64,000 nt of DNA from Gammaproteobacteria bacterium (GTDB taxonomy: Bacteria > Pseudomonadota > Gammaproteobacteria > Methylohalomonadales > Methylohalomonadaceae), in assembly GCA_040905025.1 (NCBI GenBank), contig JBBDSJ010000126.1, positions 5,833 to 69,832 of the forward strand. Direction: 5' to 3'. The position numbers and the translations under genes are program-made. Below are positions 47,480-57,114 of the stretch, one piece after another. Within the stretch, counting starts at the first letter, position 1. Every line of letters begins with the position of its first letter. The notes under the pieces were generated by a model. The model was not told where the DNA came from and made no database searches. It saw only the letters and a program-made list of their open reading frames with translations.

Positions 47480-48121
47480 TTATCGTAGCCACGCAGTAAA
47501 CTCCAGACCTGTGCTGATGACCAGCCATATCCCCGCGGCAATCATTACAGCAGCGACAAGTAAATTGACAATTGTTGAGTACCTGCCGCCAGCAATATGC
47601 TTGCCTACATCCGCCGCTATGCAAACATAACCAAGCTTCACCCCGCCGACCGCTACAAGCGCAATCAACATCACCAGACCTGTATCAAAATACGACAGGC
47701 GTTTCAGATCCAGAAACACCGGCAGGAAGCCCAGATAAAAAAGAACCGCCTTTTGATCGGCAAGTGTAATCAACAGCCCCGTCATAAAGCTCGAAAATAG
47801 CGAGCCGGAACCTGCTTTGTTAAATTGTGATGTTTTATTACGAGTACGCCAGAAACCGGTCCCCAACCAGATCAGATAAGCACCGCCGAGCAACTTTGCC
47901 AGAATGAATAGCTCACCCATGACATCAACAAGCAACACCAAACCAAGTATGGCCAGCAATATGAAGATCATATCGCCAGCAACAACGCCGAGGGCAACAA
48001 ACATTCCGTGACTAAACCCGGATATCGCGGCACGTGACGTAACCGCGAACACACTGATGCTGGGCGCTGCCGCAAGTACCGCCATTGCAGCAACCAAGCC
48101 AAGCGCCGAGATGAATGTCAT
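47480..48121 (-). CDS. LysE/RhtB-family amino-acid exporter
   Basis: ATG at 48121 (MTFISALGLVAAMAVLAAAPSISVFAV). It has about 6 TM helices and typical LysE size and N-terminal motif. Confidence 0.8.
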   Translation of the reverse strand: MTFISALGLVAAMAVLAAAPSISVFAVTSRAAISGFSHGMFVALGVVAGDMIFILLAILGLVLLVDVMGELFILAKLLGGAYLIWLGTGFWRTRNKTSQFNKAGSGSLFSSFMTGLLITLADQKAVLFYLGFLPVFLDLKRLSYFDTGLVMLIALVAVGGVKLGYVCIAADVGKHIAGGRYSTIVNLLVAAVMIAAGIWLVISTGLEFTAWLR

Positions 48122-48244
48122 ATCTTGTTCAGGTGGCAATGGATTGATTGAATCCATCGTACAACAATATCAGCCAGGTATTACAGCCTGTAAAAAATCA
48201 CATCATGGTAATGCCCCTGCAGCGCAGGGGCTCCAGAGACAGAC

Positions 48245-50314
48245 CTAGAAATTGTAACGTGCGCTCAGGCCAGCATAGGCATTAAGTTCTGGTCCGGGCT
48301 CAAAAAACCTCTGGAAGTTATCATTAATCCGAATATTTGAGAAATACTGCTTGTCAAAAACATTATTTATGCCAACAAACGGGGAAATTTCAACGTTGCC
48401 AATATTCTTGGTATAGCCGAAGCGAATATTGGAAACACCATAGCCGGCCACTTCCACCGCATTGGCGTTCTCAGCAAACAGACTGCCGACCAGCAACGTA
48501 TCCCAGACACCATAAAAGCCGGACGGGTGGTTATAGGCCACTTCGAAGAAGCCGAAGTGTTCCGGGATACCAGGCAGATTATTACCATTAAAATTTAGTT
48601 GATTATTATTGATAATCGGCTGGAAGCTCTTGTACTCAAAATCCGAGTAGGTATATGAAAACGAGGTAGTCAGGCCCGGCAACGGATTGGCACTCAACGC
48701 CAATTCAAAACCCTTGCGCTCGGTTTCACCGGCAGTAATAAAGAAATTCTGATCAATGTCCTGCGGTACCAGTTCATTTTCACCGTCAATCATGAATATC
48801 GCGGCGTCATAACTCAGTGCCCACCATTGTGGCACCACGCCCTTCACACCGATCTCGTAGTTAGTCGCCGTCAATGCGTCCAGATTCTGATTGAAGCCGC
48901 CGACACCGGCCGGATTGCCAAACTCGGTGGTGGATGGTGTTTCGAATGAAGTCGACACGTTGCCGTACAGATTCACTTCCTGAATCGGCGAATACAACAA
49001 ACCGACCATCGGACTCACCTCGTCAAATTTAACTGTGCCCGACTGGTTGCCATCAGCAAAGAATTTATCTGTGACATCAAACTCGACCTCGTCATAACGT
49101 ATACCGGTAGTCAATGTCAGCTTGTCAGTGACAAAAAATTCGTTCTGGGCAAAAAATCCCAGGCTGGAAACATTTTCGTTCTGGTTCAACGAAAGTGGTC
49201 CCTGTCGTCCACCGGCAAAATTGATAAAGTTTTGCCTATCGTCATCCTGATTTTCTATATCAAAACCGACCGTAAGTCGGTTACGATCACCGTTATAAGT
49301 GTACTGACCGCCACCACCGACAAAGAAACGCTGGAACGCCACCTGACCACGCGGAATGTTGAGAAAACCGCCTATGCCAATCGGCAGCTTGTTTTCAAAA
49401 TCACGCCAGACATAGTAATTGCGCAGGCGTATTTCATGCCTGTCACTGAATTCCTTGCGATAGACAAATCCGATTTGTTGCTGCGTTATGCTTTCACCGG
49501 CATCAAACAGCAAAGCGTTCGGTGCTGCCTGGCGCCGATCCTGCTGTACCTGTGCCAGTGTCAAACCACCCGGGTCCTGTGCCAGCGGTGAATCCAGGAT
49601 ATTAACAATGGTGGTCAGGTCCGAGGTAGCATCAATGTCATAACGAAACTTGACGTTGGCCAGGACGCTTTCGGTCTGACTGTTGCCACGATAACCATCA
49701 ATTTCATAGCGGCCAATATTGACGAGATAATTCAGCTTGTCTTTCTGGCCGCCGGCTTTCAGGTTGTATTTCTGAAAGTCATATGAACCGTAGCTGTAAC
49801 GGCCCTCGACGAAAGGCTCTTCCGGACCTTCTTCGGTAACAATATTGATTACACCACCGGATGCAGTGCCATACAGCGATGAGGCCGGACCGCGGATAAC
49901 CTCAATCCTTTCCGCCGATGCCAAATCAATCGCATCAATGCCGCCCTGACCATCGGGCAATGTTTGTGGAATGCCATCGGCAATGATCTTGATACCACGA
50001 ATGCCGAAGTCGGACCGCGCACCAAATCCGCGAATCGCTACCCGCAAGTCCTGACTGAAATTATAACGGTTCAGCATGAATACACCGGGAATGCGATTCA
50101 GCGACTCATCCAGTCCGAGTTGCTGTCGGCCCAGTTGAATATCATCCTTGTCGACAACACTGATGGCCGTTGGCACCTTGGTGGTAACGGTATCGACGCG
50201 CGGCGAAGTTACTGTTATCTCACCGAGATCTTCGGCTTTTGATTGCGCAGCGGTGTGGCCGGCAACGCTACCGAGCGTCACGCCGGCAAGCAACGCAAGC
50301 AGATGTTTGTTCAT
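48245..50314 (-). CDS. TonB-dependent outer-membrane receptor
   Basis: ATG at 50314 gives a signal peptide (MNKHLLALLAGVTLGSVAGHTAAQS). The TonB box is like ITVTS. The plug domain has NRIPGVF, IRGFG and EVIRGPASSLYG. The C-terminus is YNF. Confidence 0.9.
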   Translation of the reverse strand: MNKHLLALLAGVTLGSVAGHTAAQSKAEDLGEITVTSPRVDTVTTKVPTAISVVDKDDIQLGRQQLGLDESLNRIPGVFMLNRYNFSQDLRVAIRGFGARSDFGIRGIKIIADGIPQTLPDGQGGIDAIDLASAERIEVIRGPASSLYGTASGGVINIVTEEGPEEPFVEGRYSYGSYDFQKYNLKAGGQKDKLNYLVNIGRYEIDGYRGNSQTESVLANVKFRYDIDATSDLTTIVNILDSPLAQDPGGLTLAQVQQDRRQAAPNALLFDAGESITQQQIGFVYRKEFSDRHEIRLRNYYVWRDFENKLPIGIGGFLNIPRGQVAFQRFFVGGGGQYTYNGDRNRLTVGFDIENQDDDRQNFINFAGGRQGPLSLNQNENVSSLGFFAQNEFFVTDKLTLTTGIRYDEVEFDVTDKFFADGNQSGTVKFDEVSPMVGLLYSPIQEVNLYGNVSTSFETPSTTEFGNPAGVGGFNQNLDALTATNYEIGVKGVVPQWWALSYDAAIFMIDGENELVPQDIDQNFFITAGETERKGFELALSANPLPGLTTSFSYTYSDFEYKSFQPIINNNQLNFNGNNLPGIPEHFGFFEVAYNHPSGFYGVWDTLLVGSLFAENANAVEVAGYGVSNIRFGYTKNIGNVEISPFVGINNVFDKQYFSNIRINDNFQRFFEPGPELNAYAGLSARYNF

Positions 50315-50647
50315 GGGCAGCCCCTTCTCCACTGATTAATATAGTTATAAAAGCGCGGGTGTTGGCACAACCTGCTGGTTACCGCGAGCATCCGATCCCG
50401 GCAAGCCGTCATGCTAAACTAATAATATCTGCAAGCAAAATCTATGCCGCTAAATGCTTTAAATGATCGTGAGTTTTTTCTACGCTGAATCAAGAACGCC
50501 AAACCAGATGTTTTATGCTTTTTACGCTAAAGCGCGCGTACTTCGAACCGAACCCGGCAACAAAATCGCTACGCAGGCTTTGCTGGTCGTGGCTTATATC
50601 GCACAAACTTTCAACCACGCTGGCTGATATGGAACATATCCTGGCTG

Positions 50648-51403
50648 CTAGAATCGGTACCGCGCGGTGCGCCTGGCCGGCTGCGATAGATGCCGGGCGA
50701 GATAGTCTTTGCGATGCATCGGCAAAATCAGCAACAATCCAGCCATAAAACCGCCAATATGCGCCCAGAATGCGACTCCGCCCTCGCTGCCACCAAGCGT
50801 TGGCAAGCCGCCCAGCAATTGCAACATAAACCAGTAACCCAGCATCACCCAGGCCGGCACGGCGATGGTCGTCATATAAAAACCCAGAAAAATAAACGTC
50901 GTGATGTGAGTACGTGGATACAGCAATGCATATGCGCCCATGACACCACCGATAGCGCCGGACGCACCCACCATCGGAATGGCGTTGGCCGGATCAGTTA
51001 TGGTTTGAGCAGCGGCAGCGGCAAGGCCGCATAGCATATAAAACAGCAGGAACCGCCATGGCCCCATGGCATCTTCGACGTTGTCACCGAATACCCATAA
51101 AAACCACATATTGCCGATAATATGCAACCAGCCACCATGCATGAACATTGACGCAAACAGTGAGGATACGCCTGAATCATTGATCCGGCAGCCTGCATCC
51201 GGACCCAGCGGCACAATGGTACCCACGGGCAGATGACCCAGTAACTCGGCCGGGATCAGGCCATAACTGCAGATCGAGCGTAACAGGAATTCAGGATGAC
51301 CCCAGCCCTGGATAAAAATCCACGCCAGAATGTTGAGGGTGATAATCGTGACGGTCGCGACTGGCGGCCGGACGACGGGACTCTCGTCGCGGAGCGGAAA
51401 CAT
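50648..51403 (-). CDS. rhomboid-family intramembrane serine protease
   Basis: 251 aa. HGGWLHIIGNMWFLWVFG and the catalytic GASGAIGGVMGAY segment are present. Confidence 0.9.
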   Translation of the reverse strand: MFPLRDESPVVRPPVATVTIITLNILAWIFIQGWGHPEFLLRSICSYGLIPAELLGHLPVGTIVPLGPDAGCRINDSGVSSLFASMFMHGGWLHIIGNMWFLWVFGDNVEDAMGPWRFLLFYMLCGLAAAAAQTITDPANAIPMVGASGAIGGVMGAYALLYPRTHITTFIFLGFYMTTIAVPAWVMLGYWFMLQLLGGLPTLGGSEGGVAFWAHIGGFMAGLLLILPMHRKDYLARHLSQPARRTARYRF

Positions 51404-51467
51404 GCCGGCTTTTTATTATTTATGCTGTCTGCTGACAACCACCGAATGATACGTTTTTCAGACCGGA

Positions 51468-51815
51468 TCAGATCGGCCGTTGCCGTTCACGGATCGCGAC
51501 ATCAACCTGATCGACTTCCTGATACCGGGATTCCGGAATGCTGATGCTGCGTTTCGCCTGTTCCGTACCCTCACTCTGGATGACAATAACTTCCAGTGTC
51601 TCGTGTACGACCTCACCGGCCTTGTTCTTGAATTTCACCGTCAGTGTACCGTCGTAGGCATTATCGCAGTCATTTTCAATGGTGGCAGTCCATTCCACCG
51701 TGGTAATACCGAATTCGGTCTCTACTTCTTTCAATTCGTGTTCATCGACGCGCAGGCAATCAGCAAAAGCTGCGGTAGAAAACAAAAATATGTTGATAAA
51801 CAAAAATATGCGCAT
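51468..51815 (-). CDS. hypothetical secreted protein
   Basis: 115 aa with a clear signal peptide (MRIFLFINIFLFSTAAFA). No family recognised. Confidence 0.55.
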   Translation of the reverse strand: MRIFLFINIFLFSTAAFADCLRVDEHELKEVETEFGITTVEWTATIENDCDNAYDGTLTVKFKNKAGEVVHETLEVIVIQSEGTEQAKRSISIPESRYQEVDQVDVAIRERQRPI

Positions 51816-52165
51816 GGCGCTACCTCTTAAACTCGGAACTTGATTGACCTTACCCTAGCAGACTATGACGCGCCTGTCCGCCAACCGGCATGATCCCGGG
51901 CTCGTCATAAGCCACTATTGGCTGGATTTGTCAGTCCCTGAACCGTGCTGTATGAAACCAGCGCCTGTGGATCAGGGGCCATGGCAGCGAAGCGCTGCTG
52001 TCCGTTTTATTCTGAATTTTCAATTAGATAAAAGCGCAAACACGGCACTGGCAATGTGCCTGAAGGAACTTTGAACCAACCGGAAAACTCCCATGTGTGT
52101 TAAACTGACACATGTAGCCTTTTTTCAATAATTCATTTTTGGCTACCTGCCTTGCTTACTTGCGT

Positions 52166-53647
52166 ATGTCCACCACTGCAACATTGAACGATCGCCCGAC
52201 ACTGCGAGACGCCCTGCTTCTGTTTGTGCTCGTACCGTTTATGCTGGTCATGGGGCTGGGCGGCTGGTACAGCCTGCATGCATTGTCATTCGAAGTTGAA
52301 TCACGCATGCAGGAAGATATTGAGCTGATTGCCCGCAGTATCCGTTTGCCACTGAGTAATGCACTGGATCGCGGCAATATCCATGAAATTGAGCAGGCAC
52401 TGGATTCGGCATTCAGTATTGACCGTGTTTACGGTGTTTATGTCTATGATGAAACAGGCCAGCGAATAGCAGGCAGCGGCACCCAGCGGGCACAGGTGTC
52501 AAGCGATCGCGCAGCTGAACTGGCACTGGAACGTAACCGCCAGAGTGAGTTTGAAGAGACCGGTCGTGAAGATATTTTTTCATTTTTTCTGCCACTGACC
52601 GATATCGGCGGCCGCATCATCGGTTTATTGCAGGTTACCCGCCGTGGCAGTGATTTTCACCAGAATATCGGCCAGGTACGCCAGCATGCCCTCGTTGCCT
52701 TACTAATCACCGGTATTTTACTGACACTGATTATCTTTATCGGTCATTACCGTGCTATCGGCCGGCATCTGAGTGCCGTCGAAAACGGTCTGCGCCGGAT
52801 TGGTACGGATCAGCCAGATGCCCGGGTACCGGAACACGGGCCCAGCGAGATTCATGCGCTAAGCCAAAATATCAACAGCATGCTGGATCGTCTCGCGCAC
52901 TCACAAGACGAGATCGAACAACGTCAACAACGCGAACTGTCATTGCAATTGCGCTTGCAGGAATCGGAAAAGCTTGCTGTTATTGGCCAACTTGCCGCCG
53001 GCGTTGCGCACGAACTCGGCACACCATTAAGTACCATTGATGGTAAGGCCCAACGCGCATTGCGGAAAGACGATCTGGCGACCTCGTTAAGATCAGACCT
53101 TGAACAAATGCGCGCCGAAGTCAGGCGCATGGAATATATCATCCATCAATTGCTGGATTTCGGCCGGCACAATCCATTGCAATGCCGGCCAGTAAAATGT
53201 GTTGATCTTGTCCACACAGTAATTGATCAATGCACGTCTGAAGCAAAACAGCGCAAAATAGCTATCAACATTACCAACAGTAATAACGATCTTGAAGTTG
53301 AAGTTGATAGTGTGCGTATTGAACAGGCACTTACCAACCTCCTGCGCAATGCAATTCAGGCTGCCAGAAAGCAAGTATCGATAAACTGGCATGCAGCAGA
53401 TTCCGGAATAGTATTTTCTATTGAAGATGACGGTGCGGGTATTACTACTGAATCCTGTTCGCGATTATTTGATCCTTTTTTCACAACCAAACCGGTCGGC
53501 TCCGGTACTGGTATGGGGCTGGCTGTCGCGAAAGCCGCTATTAGCGATCATCATGGCGAGATCGATGTGGATACAAGCCCGCATCTCAGCGGCGCCCGGT
53601 TTCTGGTTCACTTACCCACACAACAACAGGCTGATGCTCATGAGTGA
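52166..53647 (+). CDS. sensor histidine kinase (NtrB-class partner of the next gene)
   Basis: There are two TM segments and a HAMP-like linker. The H-box is LAAGVAHELGTPL, the N box is LTNLLRNAIQA and the G boxes are DDGAGI and GSGTGMGLAV. Confidence 0.9.
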   Translation: MSTTATLNDRPTLRDALLLFVLVPFMLVMGLGGWYSLHALSFEVESRMQEDIELIARSIRLPLSNALDRGNIHEIEQALDSAFSIDRVYGVYVYDETGQRIAGSGTQRAQVSSDRAAELALERNRQSEFEETGREDIFSFFLPLTDIGGRIIGLLQVTRRGSDFHQNIGQVRQHALVALLITGILLTLIIFIGHYRAIGRHLSAVENGLRRIGTDQPDARVPEHGPSEIHALSQNINSMLDRLAHSQDEIEQRQQRELSLQLRLQESEKLAVIGQLAAGVAHELGTPLSTIDGKAQRALRKDDLATSLRSDLEQMRAEVRRMEYIIHQLLDFGRHNPLQCRPVKCVDLVHTVIDQCTSEAKQRKIAINITNSNNDLEVEVDSVRIEQALTNLLRNAIQAARKQVSINWHAADSGIVFSIEDDGAGITTESCSRLFDPFFTTKPVGSGTGMGLAVAKAAISDHHGEIDVDTSPHLSGARFLVHLPTQQQADAHE

Positions 53648-55040
53648 TCCGCAAGTGAATGATATCAGGGTTCTGGTAGTTGAAGATGACCAGGCATTAC
53701 GCGCTTTACTGACTGAAGAATTGAGTGACAGCGGTTACCAGGTAAGCTGTGTCGCTGATGCAGAGACCGCCTGGCAACAAATGCAACAACAACAATTTAT
53801 GCTGGTAGTCACAGATTTACGCTTGCCCGGTGCCGGCGGAATTGATTTGTTACACCAGGCGAAGCAACTCGCCGAGGTACCGGGTTTTATTATCATTACC
53901 GCGTTTGGTACCATCGAGCAGGCGGTTGATGCCCTGAAGCAGGGTGCAGATGACTTTCTGACCAAGCCATTAAAACTTGACCACCTGCAGCTTTGCGTAG
54001 CCAGAGTAATCAAGGCAAAACGTCTGCAGGCCGAAGTAAAACATTACCGGGAGCTGTTATCAGACAATGGTTTTCATGGTTTGATCGGTCGTTGTGACGC
54101 AATGCAAAAGTTATTTGAGCAAATCCGTCTTATTGCGCGTGCTGATGGCCCGGTATTGATTTACGGTGAAAGCGGCACCGGTAAGGAGCTGGTTGCCAAG
54201 GCCGTTCATCAGGAAAGCAGCCGTAACAACAAGCCGTTTATTGCTGTCAATTGTGCCGGCATCCCGCCCGAGTTGATGGAAAGCGAATTGTTTGGTCATA
54301 CGGCCGGCGCATTTACCGGCGCGCAGAAAGCACGCAAGGGGCTGTTTGCAGAAGCGGATGGCGGTAGCCTGATGCTTGACGAGATTGGTGAAATGCCACA
54401 GGAGATGCAATCCAAATTGCTACGGGTGTTACAGGACGGTGTCGTCAGACCCGTTGGCAGCAATCAGGAACACCAGCTTGATGTGCGGGTTATCGCGGCG
54501 ACCAATCGCCGGCTTGATGATGAAGTACGTGCACAAAGATTTCGTGAAGATCTTTATTATCGACTGGAAACATTCATGTTGCAGGTACCACCGTTACGGG
54601 ATCGCCAGGACGATATAGAATTATTGACTGCGCATTTTATCAATCACTATAACGTGCGGATGCAACACCAGGTCCACGGGATAAAACCGGCGGCACTGGA
54701 ACGTATCAGGGGCTATCCATTTCCGGGCAACGTCCGTGAGTTATCCAATACAATTGAACGGGCGGTCACTTTTTGTCACGACGAAGCGATTGATAGTGAA
54801 CACCTGCCCGAGCGCTTGCGGCATTCGAGCGCACCGGCCAGTGCTTTTACTGATGCCGCTATCCCGGCAAGCCTGCTGGAAGGACCGGAATTACCTACGC
54901 TGGAAACACTGGAACAACGCTATATTCAATACGTCCTTGAACAGCTTGACGGCAACAAACGCCGCGCCGCTGAACTGCTCGGCATTGGCCGGCGCACACT
55001 CTATCGCCGGCTGGGCAGCGAGGAGTCAGCAGCGGATTAA
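53640..55040 (+). CDS. sigma-54-dependent response regulator (NtrC family)
   Basis: ATG at 53640 overlaps the kinase stop. It has a receiver domain (VLVVEDD...VVTDLRLPG) and an AAA+ domain with GESGTGKE and GAFTGA. A C-terminal HTH is present (NKRRAAELLGIGRRTLYRRL). Confidence 0.95.
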   Translation: MSDPQVNDIRVLVVEDDQALRALLTEELSDSGYQVSCVADAETAWQQMQQQQFMLVVTDLRLPGAGGIDLLHQAKQLAEVPGFIIITAFGTIEQAVDALKQGADDFLTKPLKLDHLQLCVARVIKAKRLQAEVKHYRELLSDNGFHGLIGRCDAMQKLFEQIRLIARADGPVLIYGESGTGKELVAKAVHQESSRNNKPFIAVNCAGIPPELMESELFGHTAGAFTGAQKARKGLFAEADGGSLMLDEIGEMPQEMQSKLLRVLQDGVVRPVGSNQEHQLDVRVIAATNRRLDDEVRAQRFREDLYYRLETFMLQVPPLRDRQDDIELLTAHFINHYNVRMQHQVHGIKPAALERIRGYPFPGNVRELSNTIERAVTFCHDEAIDSEHLPERLRHSSAPASAFTDAAIPASLLEGPELPTLETLEQRYIQYVLEQLDGNKRRAAELLGIGRRTLYRRLGSEESAAD

Positions 55041-55188
55041 ACCGGCCGTGTGCATGTGCGCAGTCGTCGTATGTGCCATAACGACACAACTTTTCGCTTT
55101 TATACAGCTTCAGCCCTCATCTTGATTTATCTTTTAATTCCAATAATTTACCTAATATTAATCAGCCTGTTAATGAGTCCGGGAAAGC

Positions 55189-55204
55189 TGGCACAGCAAT
55201 TGCT
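55189..55204 (+). promoter_or_regulatory. sigma-54 -24/-12 promoter upstream of the DUF4168 gene
   Basis: TGGCACAgcaaTTGCT is a full consensus match (TGGCAC-N5-TTGC). It lies 61 nt before ATG 55265 and directly downstream of the NtrC-type regulator. Confidence 0.7.
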
Positions 55205-55264
55205 ATTATATTGCTATTGTATAGCTGTACAAGTAAATAGCCCTCATCAAAAGAGCGAGACATT

Positions 55265-55678
55265 ATGAACAAACGAATTAAAGCATTTGCCCTGCCAGCC
55301 GGCTTGATAATTTTGCTGGGTGCGCCACTGACAATCGTCGCGCAACAGCAGCAGGAAGAAGGTCACCCGACGGGCAAACAAGGCATGCCATCCGAAGCTC
55401 CAACAGCAGCAGCTGAACTGGACGCTGAAACCAAGGAGAAATTTGTTACCGCATATGTGGATATCCAGCAGATTCAGGTTAAGTACACTGAACAGCTGCA
55501 ACAGGCAGATGACGAAGCCAAGGCCCGTGAAATCCAGGAAAAGGCCCAGAATGAGATGGTGCAGGCCGTCGAAGGTAGCGGCATGTCTGTCACTGAATAC
55601 AATGAAGTCGTTGCCGTGATCAGCAGTGATCCGGATCTGCGCATGGAGATTGAGGAAAAAGCCAAACAAGCGCAGTAA
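55265..55678 (+). CDS. DUF4168-like periplasmic protein
   Basis: 137 aa with a signal peptide. The repeated KFVTAYVDIQQIQ.. / VTEYNEVVAVISSDPDL pattern is typical of DUF4168. Confidence 0.7.
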   Translation: MNKRIKAFALPAGLIILLGAPLTIVAQQQQEEGHPTGKQGMPSEAPTAAAELDAETKEKFVTAYVDIQQIQVKYTEQLQQADDEAKAREIQEKAQNEMVQAVEGSGMSVTEYNEVVAVISSDPDLRMEIEEKAKQAQ

Positions 55679-55785
55679 GCCTCAATCAATAGCAGGGAAG
55701 CCAACAATCAGGTTTTCATCAATTTAAAGGTGAATCCTCCTCCCTGCGATGCGGGTCCCACCCCAACCCGCATCTGCCCCACTTT

Positions 55786-55814
55786 AGCCCCGCCTCGTGC
55801 GGGGCTATTTTTTT
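55786..55814 (+). terminator. rho-independent terminator
   Basis: agccccgc ctcgt gcggggct followed by attttttt. Confidence 0.8.
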
Positions 55815-55853
55815 ATCTCCACACAACCCATTCGGTTGTGACAGCTTTCATAA

Positions 55854-56611
55854 TCATTCACGCAGTTTCAGGATAACCAGCAATACCAATAAATAGAGTG
55901 CCAGCAAAGGACAGATTAGTATCAACCAGATAGGCCAAAGATTACTGCCTGCCATTAACGCGAAAATACTCACCATGATCAATACCACAAACACAAAGAG
56001 CGGCCATGTCACCAGCAAGCCATGTGACTTGCGGAATCGGGCCCAGGCGATCACCTGTAATACCAGGTAGGCAGGAAGCCCCAAACTAATGACCAGGCCC
56101 AACAAAAAATCTCCAGACCCCTGTTCTTCAGCATAACACTGGCGCGCCTGTTCATTCAGTTGCTCGTGTTCAGCGCGCAAACGCGCTATCCAGTCAGGTG
56201 ATGACTGCGACGAACCTGATGCTGTCGTTGTCCATTCAATCGATACGGGGTAACTCAGTAATACCGATTCCTGATAGCGGTCATCGCGCTTGAAACCGGC
56301 TTTGATTCGGATCTCGTCCACCTGACCTGCAGTTTGTCCAAAAACCAGCCATACGTCTCGCCGGATCCGGCTGGCAACATGGGTGATGGATTTGGGCCAA
56401 ATCCGGCTGCCGGCTGATTCTGGTAGTACGGTCGCACCCGGATATTCAGTGGCACATCAGACTGATAAGCGAGATGCACATAGTAGGATTCATTCACTTT
56501 CAATGGACTGTCTTGTGGATGTGTGGCCAGAACCTCCGCCTGCATGGCCTGAACGACAGGGCTCATCAGCATTGACAATATCAGTGCAATATCTCTTGTT
56601 TTCGCATGCAT
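55854..56611 (-). pseudogene. hypothetical secreted/membrane protein split into two overlapping frames (56255-56611 and 55854-56321)
   Basis: The upstream ORF has a signal peptide. The downstream ORF starts only with GTG inside the overlap and ends in 3-4 TM helices. The frames could be joined near 56320-56340. Confidence 0.45.
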
Positions 56612-56718
56612 ACGCTATACCTGACATGGTAGTGAACTTGTTTTACTGTACAGCCCGCCCCAAACAAATCCTGGCGCGGCAATTATACTGACAGTAATCC
56701 CGTGTTCTTCAGGGCTTC

Positions 56719-57114
56719 ATGTCAGAGCCAAATCATGGAATACTTCAATTCTTTACAACCAGATTAAATGCTGCCATGCAAGAACTCTATCAAGCGGTTC
56801 ATGAGCATCCTGATTTCAAATCCTTACAAATGGCGCGTAGTCGTCTGAGCTGGATACTGACGTTTGCAGTGCTCGCCGGTTATCTCAGCTTTGTTCTGAT
56901 TATTGCATTTGCACCAGAACTGTTTGCAGCACCCATCAGCACCAACAGTACCACCAGCTGGGGCATACCGGTCGGCCTGTTTGTAATCGTCTACAGCTTC
57001 CTGCTTACCGGTATTTATGTGCATCAGTCCAATGCACATTTTGATCCCGAGCTAAAGCGGATTATCGATGAAGTCCGTACCGGCAGTGAAACACTCAGGG
57101 TACCGCCGCAATGA
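56719..57114 (+). CDS. yjcH: DUF485 inner-membrane protein (YjcH-like)
   Basis: 131 aa with two TM helices. It is immediately upstream of actP and overlaps it (ATGA at 57111). Confidence 0.85.
   Translation: MSEPNHGILQFFTTRLNAAMQELYQAVHEHPDFKSLQMARSRLSWILTFAVLAGYLSFVLIIAFAPELFAAPISTNSTTSWGIPVGLFVIVYSFLLTGIYVHQSNAHFDPELKRIIDEVRTGSETLRVPPQ

Noticed and set aside
50315-50470. Fur box or sigma-54 promoter upstream of the second TonB-dependent receptor (tgttggcacaacctgctgg at 50361-50379)
   Set aside because: The TGGCAC is on the wrong strand for the receptor, and the spacing to the nearest TGC is 2 nt too short for a -24/-12 promoter. There is no convincing GATAATGATAATCATTATC-like sequence on either strand. 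The same negative result holds upstream of the first receptor.
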